Assembly: GCA_950097015.1 (NCBI GenBank)
Contig: CATNEN010000003.1
Span: 12,648,001 to 12,712,000 of the forward strand
From: Macrostomum hystrix
Lineage: Eukaryota > Animalia > Platyhelminthes
DNA: 64,000 bases
Direction of reading: 5' to 3'
The stretch's first letter is position 1. The number at the start of each line of letters is the position of its first letter. Below are positions 13,325-27,500 of the stretch, piece after piece. Under the pieces are notes generated by a model. The model was not told the origin of the DNA. It was given only the letters and a program-made list of their open reading frames with translations, and did no database searches. Made by a program: the position numbers and the translations under genes.

Positions 13325-15970
13325 ATTCTCACTGTTTTTACAATTCTCACCCTGTTTTTACAACTCTCACCCTGTTTTTACAATTCTCACCCTGTTTTTA
13401 CAATTCTCACCCTTTTTTTACAATTCTCACCCTGTTTTTACAGTTCTCACCCTGTTTTTACAATTCTCACCCTGTTTTTACAATTCTCACCCTGTTTTTA
13501 CAATTCTCACCCTGTTTTTACAATTCTCACCCTGTTTTTACAAATCCTACCCTGCTTTTACAATTCTCACCCTGTTTTTACAATTCTCACCCTGTTTTTA
13601 CAATTCTCACCCTGTTTTTACAATTCTCACCCTGTTTTTACAATTCTCACCCTGTTTTTACAAATCCTACCCTGCTTTTACAATTCTCACCCTGTTTTTA
13701 CAATTCTCACCCTGTTTTTACAATTCTCACCCTGCTTTTACAATTCACACCCTGATTTTACAATTCTCACCCTGTTTTTACAATTCTCACCCTGATTTTA
13801 CAATTCTCACCCTGTTTTTATAAATCCTACCCTGTTTTTACAATTCTCACCCTGTTATTACAATTTTCATCATGTTTTTACAATTCACACCCTGATTTTA
13901 CAATTCTCACCCTGTTTTTACAATTCTCACCCTGTTTTTACAATTCTCACCCTGTTTTTACAATTCTCACCCTGTTTTTACAAATCCTACCCTGCTTTTA
14001 CAATTCTCACCCAGTTTTTACAATTCTCACCGTTTTTACAATTCTCACCCTGATTTTACAATTCTCACCCTGTTTTTACAATTCTCACGCTGTTTTTACA
14101 ATTCTCACCCTGCTTTTACAATTCTCACCCTGTTTTTATAAATCCTACCCTGTTTTTACAATTCTCACCCTGTTATTACAATTTTCATCATGTTTTTACA
14201 ATTCACACCCTGATTTTACAATTCTCACCCTGTTTTTACAATTCTCACCCTGATTTTACAATTCTCACCCTGTTTTTATAAATCCTACCCTGTTTTTACA
14301 ATTCTCACCCTGTTATTACAATTTTCATCATGTTTTTACAATTCACACCCTGATTTTACAATTCTCACCCTGTTTTTACAATTCTCACCCTGTTTTTACA
14401 ATTCTCACCCTGTTTTTACAATTCTCACCCTGTTTTTACAATTCTCACGCTGTTTTTACAATTCTCACCCTGCTTTTACAATTCTCACCCTGTTTTTATA
14501 AATCCTACCCTGCTTTTACAATTCTCACCCTGTTATTACAATTTTCATCATGTTTTTACAATTCACACCCTGATTTTACAATTCTCACCCTGTTTTTACA
14601 ATTCTCACCCTGTTTTTACAATTCTCACCCTGTTTTTACAATTCTCACCCTGTTTTTACAATTCTCACGCTGTTTTTACAATTCTCACCCTGCTTTTACA
14701 ATTCTCACCCTGTTTTTACAATTCTCACCCTATTTTTACAATTCTCACCCTGCTTTTACTATTCTCACCCTGTTTTTACAATTCTCACCCTGCTTTTACA
14801 ATTCTCACCCTGATTTTACAATTCTCACCCTGTTTTTACAATTCTCACGCTGTTTTTACAATTCTCACCCTGCTTTTACAATTCTCACCCTGTTTTTATA
14901 AATCCTACCCTGCTTTTACAATTCTCACCCTGTTATTACAATTTTCATCATGTTTTTACAATTGTCACCCTGATTTTACAATTCTCACCCTGTTTTTACA
15001 ATTCTCACCCTGTTTTTACAATTCTCACCCTGTTTTTACAATTCTCACCCTGTTTTTACAATTCTCACCCTGTTTTTACAAATCCTACCCTGCTTTTACA
15101 ATTCTCACCCTGTTTTTACAATTTTCATCCTGATTTTACAATTCTCACCCTGATTTTACAATTCTCACCCTGTTATTACAATTTTCATCCTGTTTTTACA
15201 ATTCTCACCCTGATTTTACAATTATCACCCTGTTTTTACAATTCTCACCCTGTTTTTACAATTCTCACCCTGATTTTACAATTCTCACCCAGTTTTTACA
15301 ATTCTCACCCTGTTTTTACAATTCTCACCCTGTTTTTACAAATCCTACCCTGCTTTTACAATTCTCACCCAGTTTTTACAATTCTCACGCTGTTTTTACA
15401 ATTCTCACCCTGTTTTTATAATTTTCATCCAGTTTTTACAAATCCTACCCTGCTTTTACAATTCTCACCTTTTTTTTACAATTCTCACCCTGTTTTTACA
15501 ATTCTCACCCTATTTCTACAATTCTCACCCTGCTTTTACAAGTCTCACCCTGTTTTTATAATTATCACCCTGTTTTTACAATTCTCACCCTTTTTTTACA
15601 ATTCTCACCCTGTTTTTACAAATCCTACCCTGCTTTTACAATTCTCACCCTGTTTTTACAATTCTCACCCTGTTTTTATAATTATCACCCTGTTTTTACA
15701 ATTCTTACCCTCTTTTTTACAATTCTCACCCTGTTTTTTAAAATCCTACCCTGCTTTTACAATTCTTACCCTGTTTTTACAATTCTCACCCTGATTTTAC
15801 AATTCTCACCCTGCTTTTATAATTACCTTCCCGTTTCGACAATTAATTCTCACCGTTTTTACTAATTCTCACCCAGATTTTTCTATTCTAACCTCGTTTT
15901 TTATTTCTTACCCTGCCTTTACAATTCTCACCCCGAATTTTTAACTCTCATCCAGTTTTTATAATTCTCA
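13325..15970. repeat. 20-bp minisatellite (CAATTCTCACCCTGTTTTTA)n
   Basis: Direct periodicity with degenerate edges. Confidence 0.97.
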
Positions 15971-16507
15971 CTCTCTCTTTCCTGTTTTATCTGTTCTTAC
16001 CCACTGATCTTTATTCTCAACTTCTCAATCAACCTCGTCTACTCTCTCACCCCTTCTTTTCATGCCATATTTCCATTATCTCCCTTCCTATCTCATTTAT
16101 TTTCCACAGTCAAGCCAGCTGGCTCCCTAGCAATAATTGCGTTATCTAGACCACTACTGCCGTAAATGTACTTTTATTATATTCATACGACTGGTCTATT
16201 TAATGAGCCAGAAAGACTATATCAATATTTTCGCATTAGAAGATTGTTGCATTAAGTGAATTTTCACTACCAGTGGAATCTAGTATATAAATCTCGCCCC
16301 TTATACGCTGTTTGCATGTGCCATCAACAATTTGTCTCACATATTTTAACCTGAAAAGCAGTTATACAGCCTACTAAAGCTGGCCTTCCATAAAGCTGGT
16401 ATTAACCAAATAGATGATCAAGGACGAGGAAGTCCTCTTTATGGACTGCAGTGCACCCAGCATGACTGCGTCATAGTTTACTTAAATATCCACTTTCTCA
16501 TCGCAGG

Positions 16508-17252
16508 TCTCTGACTTCTCATAGTCGATTTCTAAGTTCTCATAGTCGATTTCTGACTTCTCATGGTAGATTTCTGACTTCTCATGGTAGATTTCTGACT
16601 TCTCATGGTAGATTTCTGACTTCTCATGGTAGATTTCTGACTTCTCATGGTAGATTTCTGACTTCTCATGGAAGATTTCTGACTTCTCATGGTAGATTTC
16701 AGACTTCTCATGGTAGATTTCAGACTTCTCATGCTAGATTTCTGATTTCTCATGGTAGATTCTGATTTCTCATGGTAGATTTCTGACTTCTCATGGTAGA
16801 TTTCTGATTTCCCATGGTAGATTTCTGACTTATCATGGTAGATTTCTGACTTCTCATGGTAGATTTCAGACTTCTCATGGTAGATTTCTGACTTCTCATG
16901 GTAGATTTCTGACTTCTCATGGTAGATTTCTGATTTCCCATGGTAGATTTCTGACTTCTCATGGTAGATTTCTGACTTCTCATGGTAGATTTCTGACTTC
17001 TCATGGTAGATTTCTGACTTCTCATAGTAGATTTCTAAGTTCTCATAGTAGATTTCTGACTTCTCATGGTAGATCTCTGATTTCTCATGGTAGATTTCTG
17101 ATTTCTCATGGTAGATTTCTGACTTCTCATGGTAGATTCTGATTTCTCATGGTAGATTTCTGACTTCTCAGGGTAGATTCTGATTTCTCATGGTAGATTT
17201 CTGACTTCTCACGGTAGATTTCTGATTTCTCATCGCAGGTGTCTGATTTCTC
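16508..17252. repeat. 21-bp minisatellite (TCTGACTTCTCATGGTAGATT)n
   Basis: Direct periodicity. Confidence 0.96.
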
Positions 17253-17704
17253 ACTCCAGATCCCAATTTGTCATCTCAGATTTCAATTTTTTAACTAAAT
17301 TCTCATCGTATGCTGTTTTAGTATTATTGTAAGAATATCACATTTTACTTAAAAAATATGTGCTACATGCTACTCACCAAAGTACTACAAGTAGAAGGAT
17401 AAAAATGTTTTAAAAAACTGACATAAAAGTCTTCAAATGTTAGGAGCCAATAATTCTCAACTGATGATTAAGAAAGTAAAATTTTATGTACACAAATCTA
17501 TTGAAATGGTAGTTAAAGAACATTGAAACAGAAAATCTACAATTAAATTTATCGCAAAGTAAAAGCAGACAAACAAAATCAACAGGAAAAATTGCGTGCC
17601 ATTTAATTAAAAAACAACTAAGTTTAAAGCGACATACAAAAATCAAAACGGAATTAATTGGCTAGAATTTCTAAAAAAACAGAACAAGAAAAATTCCGCC
17701 AAAA

Positions 17705-17778
17705 TCTGGATAAAACTACATTTTATTTATTTATAACAAAATTGTGTTAGGAAACATTGAAATGCCAGCAGTTTGAAT
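17705..17778 (-). other. Probable terminal 3'-UTR exon of SCAP with AATAAA signals
   Basis: Donor CAG|GTAGAT at 18505/18504, 14 nt after the stop; acceptor TTCTCACAG ending 17779; AATAAA on the minus strand at 17722-17731. Confidence 0.5.
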
Positions 17779-17809
17779 CTGTGAGAATATGAGTAAAGTC
17801 ATTTCAATC

Positions 17810-18449
17810 AGGTCACACTTCAAGATCCAAGGAGGTCACACTGCAGGATCCAAGGGGGAGGTCACACTTCAGGATCTAGGGGGGGAGGTCACACTTCAGG
17901 ATCTAGGGGGCAGGTCACACTTCAGGATCCAGGGGGGAGGTCACACTTCAGGATCTAGGGAGGAGGTCACACTTTAGGATCCAGGGGGGAGGTCACACTT
18001 CAGGATCCAGGGGGAGGTCACACTTCAGGATCTAGGGGGGAGGTCACACTTTAGGATCCAGGGGGAGGTCACACTTCAGGATCTAGGGGGGAGGTCACAC
18101 TTCAGGATCCAGGGGGAGGTCACACTTCAGGATCCAGGGGGAGATCACACTTTAGGATCCAAGGAGGTCACACTTCAGGATCCAAGGAGGACACACTTCA
18201 GGATCCAGGGGGGAGGTCACACTTCAGGATCCAGGGGGGAGGTCACACTTTAGGATCCAGGAGGAGATCACACTTCAGGATCCAAGGAGGTCACACTTCA
18301 GGATCCAAGGAGGTCACACTTCAGGATCCAGGGGGGAGGTCACACTTTAGGATCCAGGGGGAGATCACACTTTAGGATCCAAGGAGGTCACACTTCAGGA
18401 TCCAAGGAGGTCACACTTCAGGATCCAGGGGGGAGGTCACACTTCAGGA
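17810..18449. repeat. 24-27 bp minisatellite (GGTCACACTTCAGGATCCAGGGGGGA)n
   Basis: Direct periodicity; lies in the inferred SCAP 3'-UTR intron. Confidence 0.95.
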
Positions 18450-18518
18450 TAATAAAGATTTGATAGGGTTTATTTAGATCATGCTTCGCGGATCCAAAAT
18501 CTACCTGATACCGTGAGA

Positions 18519-21500
18519 TCAGGTCAGCTGACACTCGGGCACCAGCAGCAGGTTTGGTCCGGACTTGCACACTAGCACGGACTCCTGTCCTAGAAGCCGG
18601 ACTGGCTGCACAGGTCCTCCCCGTACAGTCGCCGACAAACGCACCCTGGATAGCCGACACCGCCTGGTCAGACACCAGACGTCTAACCCGTTACCAGACG
18701 ATGTAATTAACGCGTCCTTGCTAGGCAACAAACAAGGCGGCGACCAGGCGCATAGCAACGGTTGCTGGGGCCCGGAGGGTTGACCCAATAATCGCCAGGC
18801 GCCGGTGCATAGGCGCAACAATAGAAGCTGACCGTTGGCCAAGCCGCAGACGGCGTGTCTGTCAGACACTGACACAGACAGAACTGCCTGACGCTGCCAG
18901 ACTAGACGCTTCTGACGGAAGCCGCTCGAGGATTCGTTCGGATCCGGGCTCACCTGCGAGTGATAACCAAGCTGGCATGTCGAGTGCACGGTCTTTGTCC
19001 AAGGTCTACTTGGCGCATGTTTGACAGGTCTTTGTCCTAATTGTACTAACGTTTTGTGTTTAGTAGGTCTTTGTACTTATTCTAACGACATCGTTTCTTT
19101 GTCCTCATTCTATAAGTGAAATGTTTAACAGGTGTTTGTCCTTATTCTAACCAAGGACTACTTAAGTATCGTTTATAGAAGGACGCTGCACTCGCGGTTC
19201 GTGTAATTTTTTTTGAAGGCCAATTTTCGCCGAAAAATACATTAACGAGATACAAAAAATTCACGATTTTCATCTTCAATGGCTTGCTCAGACTGACTAC
19301 AACCCTGCTGAAAAGAAAAAACTGCTGAAACTTATCAAAAAGACCTAGTGTATTCGCTCCTCTATTGTATTTCGCCAAGTTAGTGTCCTTGACACGTTTA
19401 CTTTTAAATACTTCGTATTTTTTCGAGGGTTTTCAATTCTGTAATGTTAAATGTTAAAGGTTGGATTAAAGTGTTAGTTTCTCTCAATAATCAGTAGTTT
19501 CTTTAGCATTCTATGATGACTGCTTTCTATGTCTTTATTTGTTTGGTAAATTTAAATTAGCTATAGACATTCTATATTAAATGTTAGTCTATACCCTGGC
19601 TATGCCTGATATATAATAATATCTAGGGCCTACTATGCTTTTTTAGCATGTTCTACAAAAATGTTGTGTAGAAAGGACCTACTGATTAGTTTATGAGTAG
19701 ATCGTTATAAAGTATTATTCTTAATTTGAAGGTAGATAGATATTAGATACTTGCATATTGTATAGAAGGTACTAATTTTACTATTCTGTCAAATATCTGT
19801 AGATTAGGCTTCTTAAACGGTTCTACTGGATACAAAAGTTCTATTTTCAGACTTGTCTTGAAACTTTATATTTTATTTAAATGATAGGCCTAACAACATA
19901 TTGAATTTATTTCTGCTGTTTGGAGAGCAGTTTTTTAACCTAGTCTAGTTTAATGGAACCAAGATATATTCAATACTCAGGCCTTGCATTGAATTTAAAA
20001 TATAAATATTTATATATAGAAAGTGATTCTAAAGGAAAATGCGTATAATAGACTTTAGAAGACAAATTTTCAACTTTAGTAATACTATTGAAGTGATTTA
20101 GTATAGAATTGATTATATTGGCCTGTTGGGATAAAAGCAATACAGTATTGTAGCAATTTTTTTACTAGATATAATGTATAGAAGCTGTATATATTTCTTT
20201 TTGTTAGCTTCAGAATTTCTGCAATGCCAATGAAATGCTGTCTTCCAAAGTGTACAAGTAACTACAAATCTGGTGAGAAGGTGACAGTGTATAGCTTTCC
20301 AAAGGATAAAGAAGACTACAGCATGTGGATCCGAGCTTTGCCACCAAATGTTAAGGTATGGTGCTATTGCTGCTATTGCATATTCTTGTCTTGCTTAATT
20401 CACATGCTAATGGAACATTAGTACAATATGATATAATACTTACTGTTTTAGAGTCCATCTAAATACATGGGCATTTGCCAAAAACATTGGCCAACAAATG
20501 CACCAATGTTAAAGGTCAAGCGATTCATGCGCCCTATGGACCCACCAAGTGTATTCCCAAATCTTCCAACAGGCTCTCTTCGCCTGACTGAGCCAAGTAA
20601 ATATATCTCATAGCAAGGTTAAATATTACAGTTTGTACCAAATGATAGGCTTTCTATAATATTTTACTTAATTAAGTTTTTGTCTGATTTCATACCTTAC
20701 ATATTATTTTTCTTACTTCAGAGCACTCTAGAGATGTTCAACGCCGCGGTATTCTGTTAAACCAGCGGGCTCAAATTGCTGATGAAATGGACTCATTCAA
20801 TGAGACTGATCGGATTCACTCATGGAGTTCCTTTGTTGAGAAATCTGCCACCCTTGACTTCGTTGCAAATGAGTGGATAGTGCAGCGTGACGAATCATGT
20901 GTGCGATTTGTCCTTCTTTGGGAACTAAGAGTTGAATGCTCAATTTCAGTCATGTCCGACTTTTCTGTTATTGCAAATCGTCATAACACCCCAGTGTCAG
21001 TGTCTGAGCTGCTGGGTTTTCAACATCGACTTGAGCGCTACAGCCAATTGGAAGCAGTACAAAATAAAGTTCGACAAGCTGAAGTAAATCCAATCAAGGA
21101 ATTCAATGCATATTTGGACGCACTACAGCCACTTTGTCAGGAGCTGCAGAACCCGCGCCATTCATTCCTTGTTCGACAGCTGCAACTGAGTGTTGTTCAG
21201 CATCATGGCGTACGGTATGCTGCAAATGATATAATGACAGCTGCCAGAATGTACTTCACCAGTCGTGCTGGCTATCGTGCAATGAGAGAGTTCGCCTGTC
21301 TACCACATCCAGACACTCTCAAACGTCATCTGGGTGGACTTGGCAGCATTGGAACCGACACCGACTGTCAGCAAATTGTCAAGTCGAATTTCGAACACAA
21401 CACACCGTCTCAGTGCCTGTGCTCAATCATCTTTGATGAAGTGTATGTGCAACCTTCACTTCGTCTCAAAGGTGTCCATGTAGTTGGCTTTGCTGAGGAT

Positions 21501-24500
21501 GTTCCACAGAAGCTTGCTCGGACTATTCTCGCCATTATGGTAAAACCATTTATGGGCGCACCTGCGTTTGTTGCCAGACTTGTGCCAATCTATAGTTTAC
21601 AGCCTGCTTTTTTACACAGACAGGTTGTACGACTTATTGAAATTGTCCACGGCTGTGGTGGTACAGTTGTGAGCTTGATTTGCGATAATCACTTCACTAA
21701 CCAGAACTGTTTCAAACTGTTTCATTGCGACACAAACACACCATGGCTTGCCGAAAACCCTGCAGACGCAGAGAAACCATTGTTTCTGTTGTTTGACACA
21801 GTGCATTTGTTTAAGAATATAAGAAATAATTGGTTCACTCAAGCGCACAAGGAGATCGATTTTCACCCATCAGCAGATAAGCAGGAACGTGTTTGCCGAG
21901 CACGCTGGAATGATATTGTTGAAATCGAGGAGCGATCCCGTGGACAAGTAGTTCGCCCGACTTCAGTCAACTCTGTCGCGTGCAATCCGTCTCCACTGGA
22001 GCGACAAAAGGTGTCACTAGTTGTCGACATCTTCAACGAGAAGACGGTTGCCGCACTTCGTGTTAACGGTCGCCATGACTCAGCCGACTTTGTGGACCAT
22101 GTGGTCACCTTTTGGAAAATAGTTAATGTTAAATCACCAGAATCACACGTTGCCTTGAATGACAAACTTAGGGCTCCAATTACGTCGGAAGAATCTAGCA
22201 GCTTGACACATTTACTTAATTTCTCCGCACTGGTGGAGCGCATGCCGGGTGGACGAGGTGCGGGACGCGGTCGGTCGCTCACCACAGAGACGCGCAACGC
22301 TTTAATCCAGACAACAAGAGGTCTGGTGGGCCTCAGCAGACACCTTCTAACCAACCATCGATTTTCTTACGTTCTTCTTGGTGAGTTCTTTGCATTATTT
22401 ACATGCAGCAATCAGTTTTTGAATAATTGTTGCTAGGGAATGAATTTAATGAATTGTGGGGATGCAGGTCACGGCTATCTAATGGGTCACGAAATTGTCT
22501 TTAAGGTGTACTGCAATCAGACAGATTGGAGGCCGAGTTCGCTCTCTACCGCCAGGGCCACGGCGGGTGTTACTACATAACAGTCGAGCAAGTTATGGCC
22601 AGTGCTCGGCTGCACCGAATGAAATTGTACGGAGCGCTTCAGAACAGCTTTGAGGCTCATGAGCCGGCGACATGCTGTTCCGATGGGATGAAGGACTCTG
22701 ATCTAGAGGTGTTTGATCAGCTTCAAGACAAGATCAGCCACAATACAGATGAGGAGAATGCTTCTTTGTACTATATTTCCGGTTACGTTGCTGCTAAAGA
22801 GCATCTTCCAGAAGTTTTTGAAGCATTTGCAACTGAGTTTCCTGGCGGTAGCGAATTTACATCGCTGCTATCTCGTGGCAAGCTCCGGCACCCGCCAGAG
22901 TGGCTTTTAGTTTTCTCCAGCCTGTGCTATGCTTTTTTCTCCTCTTAAGATCCACTGCGTCAACTATTGTGTCCGATCTTTTATTAACGTTTTTGAAGCT
23001 TTCATGGATGTAACTGTTTCAGATCCAGCTCAGGTTAGCCGCATTTCCAGGAGGTTAGCTAACACATTTTTTAAAGGACTCGTGCGTCGTGATTCGGACC
23101 ATGTACGAGAGACGCCCGGCAGTGGACGGCGTCTGCGAAAGTTAGCATCAAGTTAGTTATGAGCTGTTTGTACGCTTTTTGAGAAATCCGTGACATTCTA
23201 TCAACACACCGAGTTCGTATAAAACTTGAACACCCATTGTACACTTAGACACCTCTAATTTAAACAAACGAAGTGGACACTGGAAAATATCGAAATATCC
23301 AACCAAAAATGCAATAAGCCAAAATCGGAGGCAACATAGCTCGTAGAATTGAAGCGAACATTGTTAATTGATTGAGCATGTAATTTGACCCATAGTCCAT
23401 GGTTGTCCATGTTTTATACAGACCCAATTCACATTCACGTCATTGAATATGCTTATGCTTTCATAAGTTGGTTTATGCATCTGTTGCTGCTTTCATACGT
23501 TGGTTTAAACATTTGTTGCTGCTTTCATAAGTTGGTTTCTGCATTTTACTGCTGTTGCCTACCCAATAGTTGCCACAGTTTCTATACACTATACACTATA
23601 CACAGTCTTATATTTGCAGCCTTACATACATATTTGCCTTACTGTAGCTATCAATTGAGATTAAAGTACAATGAGCTGCTGTGCAACAAGCAACCAGTTC
23701 AGTTCAACATTTTTTGTTTCCAGTCCAACAACGATACATCGATTGTTATCAGCACTGGCATTGTGCCAGTTTCTCTGCTTTTGCTCTTTGTTATTTTATT
23801 GTTGAAAAGATCAGGGATGGCTTTTGAAAAGTACAGACTGACGGGCTTCGTTCTTTGTTAATCTCATCTCATTTTAATTGGATTACATTAGCTCAATTGT
23901 CGGAATTATCCTTTAAATATCCTAGCTTTATTGTTCTATAATAAAGAAGGGGGTAACAGTACCTTGCTGTACATTTCTCGCGAATACATGTAGTTGCAGC
24001 CGAAACTGTTCACTCATCTAAAAGAGGAATAAATTCTGAGCAACCCCGTGAAAAAACTAGACCTCTACATGCAACCATTTAAAAATAACAGCATTTTGAA
24101 AAATGGCCTTCAAAAAAATCTACACCATTCGGGAGTGCAGCGTCCTTCTACTTAAGTAGTCCTTGATTCTAACACGTGACGTATTAGACAGGTCTTTGTC
24201 CTCATTCTAACGACATTGCGTCCTTGTCCTCATTTTACCGACTGACTTGTTCACAGGTCTTTGTCCACATACCACCAAGTAAATGTGTTTGACAGGTCTT
24301 TATTTACATTCTACCCAGTGCGTGTGCCAGGTCTTTGTCCACATTCTACCGAGTGTGTATGACAGGTCTTTGTCCACATTCTACCGAGTGGGTGTGCCAG
24401 GTCTTAGTTCACATTCTAAAAAGTGTGTATGACAGGTCTTTGTCCACATTCTACCAAGTAAGTGTGTTTGAAAGGTTTTTGTCCTAAGTTTAAGCCGTGT

Positions 24501-27500
24501 GTAAAAGATTCTAAGAGGATAATTCAATTAAACCAGCTGACTCACCTGAAACACCGCACCGTCAGCACCACCGCTGAGCACGCCTCTGCTAGGATAGGCC
24601 GCCAGAGCCAAAACTGGTCCGGCGTGAGCAGACACAACGGAACAGTTTGAGCTGTCGTTGACTTGCTGGCACAGTTCGGACACTGGAAAGAATCTAATGA
24701 GATTATCCTCACCTCCAGTGGCTAACAGATAGCCATTGGAAGGCCAGACGAGCATAGCGTTCAATGGCAAAGGCGACGCTCGGCGACAAGCAAGAGGCTG
24801 CAAACCGCCGTCAGCGTCGGCGATCAACCGGACGCTGTGGAGAGTGCCGGACAATGTGGACACAATGGCTAGCTGGCAATGCTCCGGCAGCACCACCAGA
24901 TGACTCAAACCTTCCACTGACAGTTTCAGACTGCATCGCGGCGTCGACGCAGTTGACGACGCGTTGACGGCCGCATCGGCGAGATTCCACAGTTCGAGGA
25001 GGCCGTCGGAGCAGCCAACCAGCAGTGACCGATTGCCGTTGGCCAAGCCGAGGCACCAAACGGAGGCCACTGGTGACTGACGGCTGGCCGAAGATGCCGA
25101 AGCCAAAGCGCTCGGCTTTGATGAAGTTGACGACGGCGATGATGTTGTTGGAGATGGCGGAGACTCGCTGCCTGGGGAGGCTGCAGATGACGGAGCAATG
25201 TTGGTGACCTGGAAAGCGAAGGTTAGATTATTGATTTTTTCCTCGAATTTAAATATATGCTGTCTTTGATGACATTCGAGATGTAATTGAGTATCTTCAA
25301 AATTTTAGTAGAATGTTTCACTGCCAATCCCTAGCAATTTTAATCTTCATCCGAATATTTAAGAATCGTCCTTACTTCTTCAGAATGGCCCTGATAGTTG
25401 AGAATCGTCCTAATCCTTGGGAATCGCCCCAGTCTGGGAAATCGCCACAGTTTTGAGAGTTCTTAGGAATCGTCCCAGTCTTGGAAATCGCCACAGACTT
25501 GGGAATCGCCTCAATCCTTGGGAATCGTCCCAGTCTTGGGAATCGTCCCAGTCTTGCGAATCGTCCCAATCTTGAGAATCGCCACAGACTTGGGAATCGC
25601 CTCAATCCTTGGGAATCGTCCCAGTCTTGGGAATTGTCCCAGTATTGGGAATCGTCTCAGTCTTGGGAATCGTTCCAGTCTTGGGAATCGTCCCAGTCTT
25701 GGGAATCGTCCCAGACCTGGGAATCGTCCCAGTATTGGGAATCGCCTCAATCCTTAGGAATTGTCCCAGTCTTGGGAATCATCCCAGACCTGGGAATCGT
25801 CCCAATCTTGGGAATCGCCTCAATCCTTGGGAATCGTCCCAGTCTTGGGAATCGTCCCAGTGTTGGAAATCGCCCAATGGCTGTTGCTGGGACAACAGCT
25901 AATAATAGAAATCGCCGGGAAAGCTTACCCGCTGTCGCAATCCGAGCAGTGCAACATCCTCGCCATTGCTGTCGGTTTCATTATTGTCTCCATAGCCCAG
26001 TCCTCCATTGGGCACAGTTACAGAGGACAGATGACCTGTTTGGTTCAATCTTCTGCTTCTCTCTAAAGCAGATTTTTGCCTGTCAAACTGGGCAACCTGG
26101 CGGCCTTGCAGGGTCCAGACAGACAGACAGCCATCTAGGCTGCTAGTAGCGACAAGCCTATCAGAGCTTGACAAGGATTCCGACACGGTGACAAGATCGA
26201 TGTCCATGGAGTGTGCGGGCAGAACTACTGGCACCACTGTTCTTTCGGGTGGCGACCGAGTCACTGAATATTTTTGTAGTAAAAAAACGATTGGCTAATC
26301 AGAGAATAGTATACTTAACCGGTCTGTCCGACCTCCTCACTCTTGACCAATCAGAGAATAGTAGACTTAACCGGTCTGTCCGACCTCCTCACTCTTGACC
26401 AATCAGAGAATAGTAGACTTAACCGGTCTGTCCGACCTCCTCACTCTTGACTAATTAGAGAATACGAGTAGTAGACTTCAAAGGTCTGTCCACCCTCTCT
26501 ATTATTGACCAATCAGAGAATAGTAGACTTAACCGGTCTGTCTGACCTCCTCACTCTTGACTAATCAGAGAATAGTAGACTTAACCGGTCTGTCCGACCT
26601 CCTCACTCTTGACCAATCAGAGAATAGTAGACTTTACCGGTCTGTCCGACCTCCTCACTCTTGACTAATTAGAGAATACGAGTAGTAGACTTCAAAGGTC
26701 TGTCCACCCTCTCTATTATTGACCAATCAGAGAATAGTAGACTTCACGGGTCTGTCCACCATCTCTATTATTGACCAATCAAAGAATAGTAGACTTCACG
26801 GGTCTGTCCACCATCTCTATTATTGACCAATCAGAGAATAGTAGACTTCACGGGTCTGTCCACCCTCTCTATTACTGCCCAATCAGAGAATAGTAGACTT
26901 CACGGGTCTGTCCACCCTCTCTATTACTGACCAATCAGAGAATAGTAGACTTCACGGGTCTGTCCACCCTCTCTATTACTGACCAATCAGAGAATAGTAG
27001 ACTTCACGGGTCTGTCCACCCTCTCTATTATTGACCAATCAGAGAATAGTAGACTTCACGGGTCTGTCCACCCTCTCTATTATTGACCAATCAGAGAATA
27101 GTAGACTTCACGGGTCTGTCCACCCTCTCTATTATTGACCAATCAGAGAATAGTAGACTTCACGGGTCTGTCCACCCTCTCTATTATTGACCAATCAGAG
27201 AATAGTAGACTTCACGGGTCTGTCCACCCTCTCTATTATTGACCAATCAGAGAATAGTAGACTTCACGGGTCTGTCCACACTCTCTATTACTGACCAATC
27301 AGAGAATAGTAGACTTCACGGGTCTGTCCACCCTCTCTATTACTGACCAATCAGAGAATAGTAGACTTCACGGGTCTGTCCACCCTCTCTATTATTGACC
27401 AATCAGAGAATAGTAGACTTCACGGGTCTGTCCACCCTCTCTATTATTGACCAATCAGAGAATAGTAGACTTCAAGGGTCTGTCCACCCTCTCTATTACT

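Noticed and set aside
23385-23861. 158-aa ORF or accessory gene in the P-element 3' region
   Set aside because: Non-ATG start, AT-rich, no motif; minus-strand frames are short as well.
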